Below are positions 32,695 through 47,163 of a stretch of DNA of 64,000 bases, one piece after another. The notes below the pieces were generated by a model that was not told where the DNA came from, did no database searches, and saw nothing but the letters and a program-made list of their open reading frames with translations. Each line of letters begins with the position of its first letter. Position 1 is the first letter of the stretch. Origin of the DNA: Heteronotia binoei. Its lineage: Eukaryota. The stretch is taken from NCBI RefSeq assembly GCF_032191835.1, contig NC_083237.1, positions 558,001-622,000 of the forward strand, read 5' to 3'. Both the position numbers and the translations under genes were made by a program.

Positions 32695-35600
32695 TCAGTG
32701 GTTGCAGCAAAAGAGGCGGACATCATTGAGAGCTGTGTCATCCCTCAGGGCCCCGCGTGGCATCTCCATCTTGGTCTGGATTCCACACAACCCCTTCGGG
32801 CAGAGGGGGCTCCATGCTCCATACTCCCCCCAGGACAAGCCCGGGCCCTCCAGGTTCTGCCCACCCGAGCAAGCAAAGCGGATGTTGGTGGCTCCCATGT
32901 TGTCCTGTATTCCACCTCGCATCTTCTCCACTCGCAAGCAGAATCTCTGCAGATACCCGCCGGAGGGGCACCAGACGGGCTCCGACCACTTCCCCCACCT
33001 AGAAGGAGAGAGGGGAAGGGAGGCTGGCTGATGACAGAGAGTGAGGACGCAGTGCAGAGGGGGGAGGCTAGCTGGTGGCATGCCCTGCCCTCCCATCCAC
33101 CCTCACTCCCGCTGTTGCAGGGGCAGCCCGTACTCCAGCAGTGCTCACCAGCTCGTGTGGGACTCAGGAGCAGAAATGGGCAGGAGGAGGAAGCACAAAA
33201 TGAGGCTGGAGGGGGACGAGGAGGGGAGGGCAGGGAGGGGGTGGTCATTTCACAGAGTGGGTCACACCAGGTGGGTCTGAATCAGCAGAGCGATGACTGA
33301 GTCGAGGGGCACCTGGGGGACCAATCACGTTTGTTCAAGGCGTTCCTCGTGGCCCCCCTCCCTTCCTCCGAGGTCTGCGGAGGTGCCCACCCAGCAAGCT
33401 CTTGCCTTGGTCCTCCAGGTGCCCCCGGGGGGGGGGGAGAGGACTCAGCCCATTTCTCCTCCTGCTGCTGCTGTCAAGACAGGGCTATTAAGGACTAGAT
33501 GGGGGGGGGGGGAGGAACAGAACCCTTCCTCATTCCCACATAGAAAACAGGAGGAGGCTACATTGCAGGGTGGGGGATATTTTGCCCATGCCTTGGGCAG
33601 ACAATCCTTTTCATAGAATCATAGCATTGGAAGGGACCTCTAGGGTAATCTAGTCCAACCCCCTGCACAAGGCAGGAAACTCACAAATACCTACCCCAAA
33701 TTCACAGGATCTTCATCACTGTCAGATGGCCCTCTAGCCTCTATTTAAAAACCTCCAAGGAAGGAGAGCCCACCACCTCCCAAGGAAGCCTGTTCCACTG
33801 AGAAACTGCTCTAATGGTCAGGAAGTTCTTCCTAATGTTGAGCCGGAAACTTTTGATTTAATTTCATCCCATTGGTTCTGGTCCTACCTTCTGGGGCCAC
33901 AGAAAACAATCCCACACCATCCTCTCTAGGACAGCCCTTCAAGGACTTGAAGATGGTGATCCTATCACCTCTCAGCTGCCTCCTCTCCAGGCTAAACATC
34001 CCCAGCTCCTTCAACCTTTCCTCATAGGACTTGGTCTCCAGACCCCTCACCATCTTCGTCGCCCTCCTCTGGACCCGTTCCAGTTTGTCTGTATCCTTCT
34101 TAAAATGTGGTGCCCAAAACTGAACATCAGACTCCAGATGAGGTCTTACCAGGGCAGAGTAAAGCGATACCATCACTTTGTGTGATCTGGACACTAGACT
34201 TCTGTTGATACAGCCCCAAATTGCATTTGCCTTTTTAGCCACCGCATCACACTGTTGACACATGTTCAGCATATGATCCACTAAGATCCCTAGATCCTTT
34301 TCGCATTTACTACTGCTAAGACAAGTCTCCCCCATTCTATAACAATGCATTGGATTTTTCCTACCTAAATGCAAAACTTTACATTTATCCCTGTTAAAAT
34401 TCATTTTATTGGTTTAGCCCAGTTTTCCAACCTCTCAAGGTCATCCTGTTTCTATCATCTTCTGTGTTTGCAACCCCTCCCAATTTAGTATCATCAGCAA
34501 ATTTAATAAGCATTCCCTCTATTCCTTCATCCAAATCATTGATAAAGATGTTGAACAAAACAGGTCCCAGGACAGATCCTTGAGGCACTCCACTTGTCAA
34601 GAAGATGAGGAACCATTCACAAGCGCTCTTTGGGTGCGATCTGTCAACCAGTTACAGATCCACCTAACGGTAACAGTATCCAAACCACATTTTACCAACT
34701 TGTCAACAAGGATAGTATGTGGAACCTTATCAAAAGACTTGCTGAAATCAAGATAAACAATGTCTACAGCATTCCCCTGATCCAGCAAGGTAGTCAGTTT
34801 CTCAAAAAAAGAGATCAGGTTAGTCTGACAGGACTTGTTCTTGAGAAAACCATGCTGGCTCTTAGTAATCAATTCCATTCTTTCTAAATGTTCCAGGACC
34901 GACTGTTTGATGATTTCTTCTAAAACTTTTCTAAGTATAGACGTCAAGCTGACAGGTCGGTAGTTACCCGGATCCTCTTTTTTCCCTTTCTTGAAGATGG
35001 GGATAACATTCGCCCACCTCCAATCTTCCGGCACCTCTTCTGTTCTCCAAGAATTAAAAAAAAAAATAGCCAGAGGCTCAGAAATTACATCCGCAAGCTC
35101 TTTTAGGACCCTTGGATGCAATTCATCTGGCCCTGAGGACTTAGTTTCATTTAAACACTGTGGAATGGCTGCTGCGTTGCTGCCGGAAGCGACTGGGGGA
35201 GGGGCCTTGGAGACGGCCTTTTGGGGTGGCTGTTGTGGCCCCCACTTGATCTCTCCATGGTGTTGCATGCGGCAGACATGCAGGGAGACAAGAAAGCATG
35301 GAGAGGCCAGCAAGAGGTGGGCTGGCCTCGGGGTGGGGGGGCAGATAGCTTTGGCAGAGGTCAGGGACTGCCTCTGGGACATTTTCAATACAGGGCAGTG
35401 CTTAGGGCCATGGAGATCCAGCCAAGGTAGAGCTTCCTGAAAGCCGCTTTCAGATGTGTGGAGAAGACCCTGGGAGAGGGATTTGTGAGTTTCCTGCATT
35501 GTGGAGGGGGTTGGACTAGATGACCCTAGAGATCCCTTCCAACTCTAGGATTCTATTAAGAAGAACTTCCTGACCATTAGAGCTGTTTCTCAGTGGAACA

Positions 35601-37238
35601 GGCTTCCTCCTCGGGAGGTGGTGGGCTGTCCTTCCTCGAGGTTTTTCAACAGATTCTAGAGGGCCATCTGACAGCAATGAAGATCGTGTGAATGTAGGGG
35701 GAGGTGTTTGTGAGTTTCCTGCATTGTGCAGGGGCTGGATTAGATGACCCTGGAGGTCCCTTCCAATTCTATGATTCTATGACTTGGCGAGCCAAAGCAA
35801 GGAAGGCCTTGGGACCCCTGAGACTGGACAGGGGGGCTTCTGGCTATCTGGACCCATCAAGATGGATGGAGGGGGAGACAGTGGCACCAACCCCACCCCC
35901 AGCAGAGGCTCCCTTCTCCCCACATCTAGCAGCCAGGACGGGGGAGTGGTGGCAGCCAGCCCCCTCCCCAGCAATTCTGCAAACCCCTCCCTGAGGCACC
36001 ACAAAGTGAGGTTCTCACATGCCACTCTGGGATTCCACGGTGTGGACTTCGTGCTTGTCCCCGCGGCCCCCCCCGGGTGCAGTGCAGCCGGATCCCATTC
36101 AGCCCGGTGTCATCGTTGGCAAGGCCCTGATAGGCTTCCACCTGTGCAGGAAGAAAGAGGGCTGCGTGGGACACAGGAAGACGACATCCATTGCCTGCAT
36201 CCTCGGGGTGTTTTCGGTCAGGGATGCTGCCCGCTGCCCCACGGCCTGGGGTGGGTGGGCAGGGAGAGGAGGGAGAGATGCCAGACGCAGCCTCCAGGAG
36301 GGGACGGGACTGATGGCCCCAGGGACTGAGGAGGCAGGCCGGAACCCTCTGTGTCCGTGCACAAAGGGGGATGGGGGAGGGAAGAGCTACTCCAGGGTAT
36401 TGTTTGCTGGCCTGCCCCCTCCCTCAAAGGCTCCTCTCTGCCCCCTCCCTCCAAGGCAAGCCCCCCTTCAGAACTAGCAGACCCACCTTTTCTCTCTCTC
36501 TCTGTGAATGTGGAAGTCATGTGACCTCTAGTGACTGACCCCTACTGGCCTGAGAGGTGGCTGAATACAGCCTGCCCAACTCTCCCAGCTCTGGTACTCC
36601 AAGGAGGTCTCCCATCCGAGCAGTTGCCAAGATCCCGGGGCTTGCAGCTGGCCTCCTGGATGCAGGCTCATGGAGGGAAGGAGCGCAGAGACCGCCAGAG
36701 TCTAGGGCCAAAAGCCCTGCTGCCCTCTGCTGGACTCCGGCTGTCTCCAGCACCGGGGTGGGTGTGGGGGGCTCACGGCCACTGCTAGAGGCGAAGGGGA
36801 GCCCTGGATCGATCCTGGCCTCTGGGCCCTCCTCCCTTCGCTGGAGGTGGGGAGAGGGTCTTTGCAAGGGGCCACTGGCTGCTCCTGCATGGCGAGGCCA
36901 GGCCAGCTGTGATGCCGGTCAGAAGAACGCCCCCCTCCAGTGATGGAGGCCCTGGGCTGCGGTGGTGGCAGCACTCCTTCCTTTCCTCGGCCTGCCTTGT
37001 GTGGAGAGCGAGCATCCCCGCCTGCCCCCTGAATCCCCCTCAGCAGCAAGAGGGTTACCTTGAGGCTGAAGCCCGTTGCGTAGGTCCCTTCGGGGCACAT
37101 GTCCTGCCAGGCCCAAGCACCCCAGGGGCCGCCGTTGGGCACCTGGATGAGGGAGTGGTATTCCTGGGCCCCTCTCCCCTCTGCCAGGGCCCCCGAGAGC
37201 AAAGCCACCAAGGCCACGAGAGCCTTCCACCCTGCCAT
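32695..37238 (-). CDS. VMO1: Vitelline membrane outer layer protein 1, with a +1 frameshift in a G run in exon 2 as assembled
   Basis: Exon 1 37238-37059 (signal peptide, [26 protein letters not shown]); exon 2 36141-36019 ([23 protein letters not shown]...HTVESQSG); exon 3 32998-32695 ([10 protein letters not shown]...[15 protein letters not shown]). Exon 2 is 123 nt where 122 is needed. Removing one base of the C8 run at 36067-36074 restores a 201-aa protein. Confidence 0.9.
33611..35157 (-). mobile_element. 5'-truncated CR1 LINE with reverse transcriptase domain in VMO1 intron 2
   Basis: ORF track shows [59 protein letters not shown] and FADDTKL, with frameshifts, plus an intact 3' tail. 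Confidence 0.95.
35480..35782 (+). mobile_element. Two tandem CR1 3' fragments
   Basis: Two gtgagtttcctgcattgtg...ggactagatgaccct...attcta tails. Confidence 0.8.
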
Positions 37239-40200
37239 GCCCCTCACCCAGCGACACACTGCCCGGGCACGGCAGGCTTGGGGCTTTTATGCCCTGCCCG
37301 CACAGGGCATCTGGGGCACGCCCCACCCCACAGGGATTGGCCTCCTGGGGGACGGCGTAGGGCTCGAGCGGAGGCCCCCTTGGGTGCTGCCAGGCCGGTT
37401 GGGCTGGTTGGGATTAGCCGAGTTGGGCCACAAACAAAAGAGCAGCCTGAAAGCTGAGCCTCAGCCCGGGGAAAGGCGTTCCGGCATCTGGGGGTTCCTT
37501 CTGCACCTCCCACCCCACCAAAGAGCTGGAGCTGGGGGGGATCTGTTGGCAAAGGGCAAGAGAAGCACCCTTGAGGGTCACCCCTTCCTTCCCCAAAGGC
37601 CTGGCCTCCCCCAACAACCCTTCTGTCCCCCTCACCATCCCTTCATGCACTTCTGGGGGGGGGTCCTAAGCAGGAAGGGATCTGGTGGCAGCTTCCAGGC
37701 TAGGAAAGGAGGGGCTTTCATGACTTAGCCAGGTGCACAAAACATATCTCAGTCCCCAGAAGATACCAGCAGCAAAACTGGGAAGGAAAAGATTCTGGGC
37801 TTCAAGGAGCCATCGTGCCAAGAAGGAAGTGGGGCTTGTGACATTCCTGCAACAGAGGTGGGTTGCGTCACACCTTTTCAGTCCCCGCAGCAGCGGCTAA
37901 GTCAGGCCGTGTCCCTGAGCCCAGCAAACAGAGCGAGGACAACCCCCCCCCCCCCTGCCTCCTCACAGGACTTTGCCAGCCAAGAAGCAGGTCCTTTGGA
38001 AAGTTCTGTGGTCACAAATGTCTTTTGTCCTTGTGATTGTAAATACAACCCACCCAGAAGAGGAGGCGCTGATTAAAGGACAACCATCTTGTGCACGCAC
38101 ACCTCCACCTCAGCCTCCACACACACACACACACACCGTAGGGCCCCCAGCCCCCAGTTGGGGAATTCCTGGTCAGCACATGATCTGAGGAGGGAAAAAC
38201 CCCCCACAGTGGGGCACAAGGCCACAGAGCCTACCCTCCAAAGCAGCCGTTGCCATCAGGGGAACTGATCTCATAGAATCAGAGATGGAAGGGACCTCCA
38301 GGGCCATCTAGTCTGACCCCTGCACAATGCAGGAAATGCACAAGTACTTCCCCTCCTACACACCCTCAGTGACCCCCCACTCCACGCCCAGCCTGCAGGC
38401 TGGAGATCACTTGGAATTCTGGGAGGTCTCCAGGCCTCACCTGGAGTTTGGGAGCCTCTGCAGCTACCATGGCAGAGGTGGGAATGGGCCACCTCTTATG
38501 GGGGGGAGGGGAAGAGGGCAGGGACCCTCCTCCATGCTACTTTCCACTAAGCGCAGAGTTTCCAAAGGACAAAATCAAAGAATTCCAGATAACATAGAGG
38601 GGAAGGGTTACAACTAGGTGCTTCATTTCCAGATGTTGCATAATGGTGCTTGACAGATGCCAACACCCCCTAAAAGTGAGGGGGGGGACATGACAGAGCC
38701 ATGTGATTCTTGGTGGTGGGGGGGCACTCCATTCCTGAGGTCCCAAGGTGCTGGTCAGATGCTCCAGCGCCTTCTCTTTTGACAAATGACCAGGGACAAA
38801 AGTTGCCTGGGAAGTTTCTGCCCCCACCTCCCAGGCAGCACCCCTTGGGGGCTTGAAAAGAGAGCCAGTCTGCCTCCTAGAATCATGGAAGGAACCTCCA
38901 GGGTCATCTAGTCTGACCCCCTGCACAATGCGGGAAATTCACAAGTACCTCCCCCCCCACACACACACACACCCCAGGGACCCCTGCTTTATGCCCAGGA
39001 GATGCGGGGTGGGGAAACCCTTCCAGGATCCCTGGCTCAACCAGCCAGGAGAAAAATTGCTGCTTGACCCCCAAAGCGGCATTTCCCTGGGTGTGTCAGA
39101 AGGGGCCACGAGAACAAGGCCCTGATGCAGCCCTCCTTCCCATCATCTGTCACAGAATCGGCACCAGCTGATGACGCAGCAGCATCCTGTGCTCTGTGAG
39201 GCCTGGTTCCCACCTCCCGTGGCTCTTGAGGCCAAGCAAGGACGCGTCTGTCCCAGCACCTGCAATGGGGAGGGGGCAGGGGGTTGAGTGGCAGCTCCCC
39301 CCCCCCCCCGCCCATGCAGGCCTCTGCCACTGTGCCTCATTCCTCTAGCTGTTCCTCTTCCTTGGGGGCAAAGGCCGGCCAGGCGTGTTGATAATTAACC
39401 TGCTCAGGACCCCCCCACCCTCTGCAAACAGTTCCCAGTGGAGCCTAGGAAAGAAAGCTGACATTCTGAATGAAGCTTAGTTGGTGTTAAAGGTGCACTT
39501 GGCTATAGCCAGGATTAGTGCAACTGGTATGGGGGGGGGGGGAGTGCTCAGATGTAGTTGCTTGTAGGGTTCCAGCAGGCCTGGAGCGGGAAATGGCCGG
39601 CCTCTGGCCACAGGCTGAAAGGGGCGCTCAGGCACACCACCTGGTAAAGAACAGCACCTTCCTTCCGTCTCTGCCAAAGGGACAGGAGCGCTTTCTCCCC
39701 CGGCAGCTGGCAACGGCTCTTTGGAAGGCATCGGAGGGCAGGAAGCGACCGCAGGGACTTCTTTCTCACCCAGCCTGTTCTGCAGAAAGGGGGGAAATGA
39801 GCACCCCCCCTGCCCAGAGAAAAGCCTCTTGATAATAAGTGACTTGTGACATCAAGCAAAAGACCGTGGTTCCCCCCTCCCTCCCTCCCTCCTTTCCCTG
39901 CCAATTAAAGCACAGGGTGGGGGGGCATCCGTGGCACCAGGCCCCACACCTGCCTGGGCACGGAGTCCTCTGTCTTCCCAGGTGAAAGAAAAGCACTCTG
40001 GACGTGCTCAGAGGCATCCTGCTTTTTTCATGTTGCCTGGAAGAGAGCGGGGGCACTGATGCTAGCTAGGCCGTGATGAGCCCCACGCCTTCTGCCTGAG
40101 GTCAGGGGCACTCTCCTTCCAAAGGTGCTCTGCCGCCCCACCCCTGCCCCATCCTGATAAGCAGGCCTTATCTCCCCCACCGCAGGCAGGGACAGGGTCC

Positions 40201-40259
40201 GGGTGCGGAGTGAGGGAAGGGCTCATCCCGAGAGCGAAGCGCCAGGCTGCCGGGCGGGC

Positions 40260-43200
40260 ATGGGGACTCCTGCGTGGGCCTCCCCCCACCTCTGCCGCCT
40301 CCTTCTCCCTGGGGGGGTGGCCCTCTTCCTCCTCCTCCTCTACCTCTCTGGCTCACACCTCCGTAAGTCCTGCGGGAGATGGGGGGCCCACACACAAGCC
40401 CCCAAACCTCTGGGGCCTTCCTCCACTCGGGAAGCCAGCTGGGCGGGAGGTGCTGCGCTTGGGGGTCTAGCGGTGGGGAAGGGGCCTTGGCGCCTGGGCT
40501 GCACTGGGGCAGGGGATCTGGGGTAGCAGGCAACAGGGGCAGGTGCCCTGGGCTCCGTTCACAGCCCTCCCCCCCCCCCGATAAAGTGGGAGACTGGGTT
40601 GTCAACCTCCAGCTGGGGCCTGGAGATTGCCTGGAATTACAGCTAGTCTGCAGCTGGCAGAGGGAGTTGAAGGTCTCCTAATCCCCTTCCCCAGGCCTCA
40701 CCCCCTCTAGACCTCCCTGGGGCTCCCTCGGAATTGGCCCTTGCGGGGGGGGGGGGGAGGCAGTGATCTGGGGGCTTTTGCCCACCCCCGCAGCATTAGT
40801 GGGCAGGAGGAGGTGCCCCTCTCACCCCCCCCCAGTTGGCTGCCTCAGGACTCCCCATTCTGGTGCCCGTGAGCACCAGCCCCCCCCCCCAACACCTTGC
40901 CTGGTGCCTCCCCCTCGGATTTTTGAAAAGTGGGAGGGGCCAGGTGAGCCTGTTGCCCAGCAGGGTTTCTAATTGGCCGCTGGAAGTCTGATGGGCTGTG
41001 CAGATCTTTAAAAAGTTGCTTCTGCTGCAGCTCCCCCTCCCCCCCCCCCCCCGCTCTGGAGAAGGGGCTGCGTGCACATGTGCAAAGACACGTATTTCAC
41101 CAAGGCCTTCATTTTAAAAGCTTCCTGCTCAGCAGGGATTCTGCACCAAACACTGGAGAAGAATCACTCTCGGACATGCTGAGGTTGGCTCCACCTCCTC
41201 CAGCTGCCATTCTGTGGCTGTGAGCACCCTGAGGGGTCGGGAGGATTCCTGGCTCACGGGGGCTGGAGACCCCTGGTCCTGCCTGCGCCTTCCCCACATC
41301 CACCCCCCACCCCAGGCTGTTCGGGAGAAACCAGGATCTGCCCCGCAAGGGTCTGGCCAAGCCTGCACCGGCGTCTTCGTCAGTATGCGGCCTCCACTCT
41401 CTGCCCCCCGCATGGCCTTTTGTCTCTCCAGCCCCAGACTGCCCCCTGCCCAGTCGCCAGCAGGCCTCGTTGCAATGCTCTGGGGTGGTGTGAGGTCCTT
41501 GCCTGCTTGCACTTCTTGTGCTTTCAGGATCGGGGCCAGCTTGCTTTCTGTGAATAGGTGGACTCTGCAGGCACACACAGGGATGCCAACTCCTGGCAGG
41601 AAATTCCTGGCGCTTCAGCAGCCTATAATGCCCCAGAGCCCGCCTCCCAGGCAGCCGTTTCAGGAGAACAGTTTCCTTTCCGACCTTGGCCTCAAATCGG
41701 CTGTGGGAAGCAACTCTCGGCTGGGCAGCCTCTGTGGATGGGCCGTGCAACGCTCACCAGGCAAATGAATACTCCTGCGTGCATGCCCTCCTGAGGGGGC
41801 ACTGGCGGGAGGGCTCCCAGATTGGCACTTCTGCCCCAGAACAGCCGGGCCAACCCTGGGCCTTGCTGAGTGAGTCTGACTCCCTCCTCCTCTTATACAC
41901 GTGGAGCAGAGGTCCATCAGTGGCTATTAGCCATAGGGTATAGATGGAACACTCTGTCTGGGGCAGGGATGCTGTCTTCTTGGTGCTTGGGAGGGGAGCA
42001 CACAGTGGGAGGGCTTCTGGAGTTCTGGCCCCACTGATGGGCCTCCTGATGGCACCTGGGTTTTTTGGCCACTGTATGACAGAGAGTGTTGAACTGGATG
42101 GGCCACTGGCCTGATCCAACATGGCTTCCCTTATGTGACACAGAGTGTTGGACTGGATGGGCCTTTGGCCTGATCCAACATGGCTTCTCTTCTGTTCTTA
42201 TGTGTGACACAGAGTGTTGGACTGGATGGGTCATTGGCCTGATTCAACATGGCTTCTCTTATGTTCTTATGTGACCCAGAGTGTTGAACTGGATGGGCCA
42301 TTGGCATGATCCAACATGGCTTCTCTTATGTTCTTATGTGACCCAGAGTGTTGAACTGGATGGGCCATTGGCATGATCCAACATGGCTTCTCTTATGTTC
42401 TTATGTGTGACACAGAGTGTTGGACTGGATGGGCCATTGGCCTGATCCAACATGGCTTCTCTTATGTTCTTATGTGTGACACAGAGTGTTGGACTGGATG
42501 GGTCATTGGCCTGATCCAACATGGCTTCTCTTATGTTCTTATGTGTGACACAGAGTGTTGAACTGGATGGGCCATTGGCATGATCCAAAAGGGCTACTCT
42601 TATGTTCTTATGTGTGACACAGAGTGTTCGACTGGATGGGTCATTGGCCTGATCCAACATGGCTTCTCTTATGTTCTTATGTGTGACACAGAGTGTTGGA
42701 CTGGATGGGCCATTGGCCTGATCCAACATGGCTTCTCTTATGTTCTTATGTGTGACACAGAGTGTTGGACTGGATGGGTCATTGGCCTGATCCAACATGG
42801 CTTCTCTTATGTTCTTATGTGACCCAGAGTGTTGAACTGGATGGGCCATTGGCATGATCCAACATGGCTTCGCTTATGTTCTTATGTGTGACGCAGAGTG
42901 TTGGACTGGATGGGCCATTGGCCTGATCCAACATGGCTTCTCTTATGTTCTTATGTGACCCAGAGTGTTGAACTGGATGGGCCATTGGCATGATCCAACA
43001 TGGCTTCTCTTATGTTCTTATGTGTGACACAGAGTGTTGGACTGGATGGGCCATTGGCCTGACCCAACATGGCTTCTTTTATGTTCTTATGTGTGACACA
43101 GAGTGTTGGACTGGATGGGCCATTGGCCTGATCCAACATGGCTTCTCTTATGTTCTTATGTGTGACACAGAGTGTTGGACTGGATGGGTCATTGGCCTGA

Positions 43201-46200
43201 TCCAACATGGCTTCTCTTATGTTCTTATGTGACCTAGAGTGTTGGACTGGATGGGTCATTGGCCTGATCCAACATGGCTTCTCTTATGTTCTTATGTGAC
43301 ACAGAGTGTTGGACTAGATGGAACATTGGCCTTATTCAACAGGGCTCCTCTTATGTTCCTATGTGTGACACAGAGTGTTGGACTGGAGGGGCCACTGGCC
43401 TGATCCAATATGGCTTCTCTTATGTTCTTATGTGTGACACAGAGTGTTGGACTGGAGGGGCCTTTGGCCTGATCCAACAGGGCTTCTCTTATGTTCTTCT
43501 GTGACACAGAGTGTTGGACTGGAGGGGCCACTGGCCTGATCCAACATGGCTTCTCTTATGTTCTTATGTGACACAGAGTGTTGGACTGGATGGGCCATTG
43601 GCCTGATCCAACAGGGCTTCTCTTATGTTCTTCTGTGACACAGAGTGTTGGACTGGAGGGGCCACTGGCCTGATCCAACATGACTTCTCTTATGTTCTTC
43701 TGTGACACAGAGTGTTGGACTGGAGGGGCCACTGGCCTGATCCAACATGGCTTCTCTTATGTTCTTATGTGACACAGAGTGTTGGACTGGATGGGCCACT
43801 GGCCTGATCCAACATGGCTTCTCTTATGTTCTTATGTCTGGGGCAGGAATGCTCTGTATTCTTGGTGCTTGGGAGGGGAGCACACAGTGGGAGGGCTTCT
43901 GGAGTTCTGGCCCCACTGATGGCTTCTGGAGTTCTGGCTGCACTGATGGACCTCCTGTTGGCACCTGGGTTTTTTGGCCACTGTGTGACACAGAGTGTTG
44001 GACTGGAGGGGCCACTGGCCTGATTTAACAGGGCTTCTCTTCTGTTCTTCTTCTGTTCCCTTCTCTCCCCTGTTCCGCAGCAGAACTCCCTCACTCAGCC
44101 TGCATTTGGGGGGGGCGGCCCTGCCGCTGGCTGGGGGACCCAGCAGCCCCTGGAGAAGAAGCCAGAAAGCAGGTGAGCCTCCCCGTGTTTGGTATCCAGC
44201 GAAACCCCCTTGGGAGTCTTGGGAGCTGCTGCAGGGAGCCAGGGACACACGTCAGGAAGCCCCCTCCCCGCTTTCCTGACCAGGAGACAGGGTGGCCGCC
44301 CAGGCAGGGCTTCAGGGGTGAGCGGTCCATTTTCTCCCAAGTCCAGCGGCAGCAGCTCTCCTAAGCGGGAATGGGGGCGAAGCTGCCCTCTTGTGACTCT
44401 GTCCTTCTCCTCCCCACACAGCAGCCTGCGCAGACCCCGAAGCCGTCCCCCTTGCTGAGGGGTCGCCCCCCCCTGTGCGAGCAGCAGGAGCAGCCCTTCC
44501 GCCTTCAGTGCCTGCAGAGCGCCTTTGCGGCCAGCCTCACCCCCGGCGGGGACCTCCTCCTCCGGGAATACCTCAGCGGCTGGAAGGAGCTGGCCAAGTA
44601 CGTAGGGGAGGGTCTGGAGCCCCTGCAGCGGGAGGGGGGCGGGGCTAGAGGGACAGCCTAGGAGCTGGGAGACGCAGGTTCAAATCCCCACTCAGCCATG
44701 GGAAGCTGGCTGGGAGACTTTGGGCTGGTCACATCCTCTCAGCCTAGACTACCTCACAGGGTGGTTGTGTGGATAAAGCGGAGAAGCAGAGAACATGGGA
44801 GGAAATGGAGGGTTTAATGAAGTAAATAAATGACATGCAGGGGGGTGGGATGGAGAGAGACCGTGGCAGGATCTCTTCGCAGAATCCCACATTCCTGTGG
44901 AGTCAGGAGACGTGGTCAGGCAGAGTGGCCACATCTGTGGCAGAGCCACGTGTCACTTCCACACCCGCCCCCCCCCCCAACAGTCGACCCCCTCCCAGTC
45001 CACTTGGCCCAACTCTGCTGACCAACGAGAGCCACCCAGTCTGTAGCTGTGCTCTGCTCACCCGTGCTTTGCTGACGTATGCGGCCAGAGAGGAGGGGCA
45101 AGAAACCCCCGACTAAGGTCAGGTTGCCAACCTCGGCTGCAAAATTCCTGGAGGTTTCAAGGCTGGAGGCTGGGGAGGGCAGAGTTTGGGAAGGGGAGGG
45201 ACTTCGGGGGGGGGTCTAATGCCAAAAAGCCTACCCACCAAACCAACCATTTTCTCCAGGGGGGAAATTAGCTGGACATCAGTTTTAAGACTAGGAGGTT
45301 AGTAGCCCCCCCCCCCTTCGGAGCTGCTATTTCCACTGGCGAAATGGGGCAGGAGGGAAACAGGAAGCGCCACCCCCCACACTGCCTGGGTCTGTCTGTC
45401 TGACAGTTGGGTCATGCGCCTCGGACTCACTCAAGTAGCTCAGGGCAGACTTGGGCCTCCCTGCTGGTCCTGAGAGAAGAAGTCTGTTCTGGGCTAGGAG
45501 GGGCCCTCCGGGGAGAGTCTCTGCTTGGCCTGCAGCAGCTCCGGCCGGGGCCATCCCTGGGCAGCAGCACCTCCTCTTAAAAAGACCCCGAGACTCTGGA
45601 GAGCTGCTGCCAGCAGGAGTAGGCCATCCTAGCCGTGAGGGGTGGAGGCTGTGCTGCAGGGCGAGGAAGCCCCCCACCCCGCGGGAACATGTCTGCAAGC
45701 CTTGCCGCTGTGTTCTTTGCAGGTTCATCGACTCCCTGGGGACGGCCTTTGGGCTGATCTCGCGGGAGACCTGGAGCAAGATCTCCATCATGCAGGAGTA
45801 CCACTCCGGCCAGCAGGGCCTCCACTACCGCAGCCTCCAGTCCATGGTGACCTTCGAACTGGCCGGGGGCCTGGTGGACTTCCACTCCTTGCCGGCTGGC
45901 CGCCCCCCCTCCGGCTGCCGGACCCTGCTGCGCCTCCACCGGGCCCTGAGGTGGCTGGAGCTTTTCCTGGGCAAGCTGGAGAGCAGCGAGGGCGGGCCCC
46001 CTTCCCAGCTGTGCGCCGCTGCCTATCAGGAGGCCCTGGCCCCCTATCACAGCTGGTGGGTGCGGCAGGCGGCTGCCCTGGCCTTCATGGCCATGCCCTC
46101 CCGCCGGGAGCTCTACAGCGTCCTTTGCGTGGAGAAGGGCCAGCACGCCTGCGCCTCACTCCGGGCCACGGTGCAGGCCCTCAGCCACGTCTACAACCGC

Positions 46201-46245
46201 ACCCAGGAGGTGTACTCTGCCCACCAGATGCTGTGGCTCCCCTGA
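40260..46245 (+). CDS. GLTPD2: Glycolipid transfer protein domain-containing 2 (297 aa)
   Basis: Exons 40260-40362 (hydrophobic LFLLLLYLS), 44081-44172, 44422-44597 (DLLLREYLSGWKELAK) and 45723-46245 (SGCRTLLRLHRALRWL...AYQEALAPYHSWWVRQAAALAF...VYNRTQ) are phase-consistent, and the position is syntenic. Exon 2 is the least certain. Confidence 0.9.
41885..44050 (+). repeat. CR1 3' UTR followed by a ~2 kb minisatellite of its 58-69 bp terminal unit, in GLTPD2 intron 1
   Basis: UTR at 41885-42070, then roughly 27 units of gtgacacagagtgttggactggatgggccattggcctgatccaacatggcttctcttatgttcttat. A longer UTR-containing unit lies at ~43835-43985. Confidence 0.92.
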
Positions 46246-47163
46246 AGATGTCCAGAGCTGTTCCAGGGGCCCCTCTGCAGGCACCTCTTCAAGACTCCTG
46301 GCCCAGAGGAGGAGGACGAGGAGGAGAGCAGCCTCCCCCCCTCCCCGCTGCCTGAATGCACAGAAGCCACTGGAGAATGGCTGCCCGGCTGCTCCACCCA
46401 CCACTGCCGGTGGCTCTTCTGACCTCTTCTTCTTCTCAAGCATGGACTGGGCACCACCACCACCCCTCTGACCCGGGCAGATGCCAGCCAAGACGGAGGA
46501 GACGGAGACCCTGAGCTGCAGGGGTGGGGGTGTGCTCCAGTGACGCTAGAAACAAGAACAGAGCTGGCAACTTGGTATTTATTAACTCATGGATATGTGA
46601 ATACATTTAAATTAACATTAATACATTTTAAGACTGGACAATCCCCCCCCCGCCCGAACACACACGTTAAAGCACTAACCCTTTCCCCAGCCTTCTAACT
46701 GAGCAGGGGGCTGGTTTGGCCTCTCCTGGGCCCCCTCCTCCCTGGCAGACTGGCTCTTGCAGAAGCCGCCACGAGATGCTTCCTTGATGCCCTCAAGGGC
46801 CACTGCTGGTTACTCCTGCCAGGGCTCTTGCGGAGGTGGAGAAGCAGACCTCCCCACACCCTCTGCTGCTCCTCCCAGCTCCCCATGAGGGCTTGCGGGG
46901 TCTCTGGCCACCCCACCCAGGGCAGCCCCAAGCACATCAGGGGCTCCCCTCCCCCCGCTATTTATTTCCAGTTATATTCTGCTCCTCGCCCACAAAGTGG
47001 GGCTCACAGCAATTCTAAAGGGAGATAATAAAATAGTATAAAAGATGGAGTATGCAAAGCAAACTATTTATAACTGATTGCAGTGGATCCGACTGTAAAC
47101 CACCCCCCACCCCCCAAATACCCTTCACAGGGAAAGGCCTGATGGGAAAGCTCAGCCTTACAA

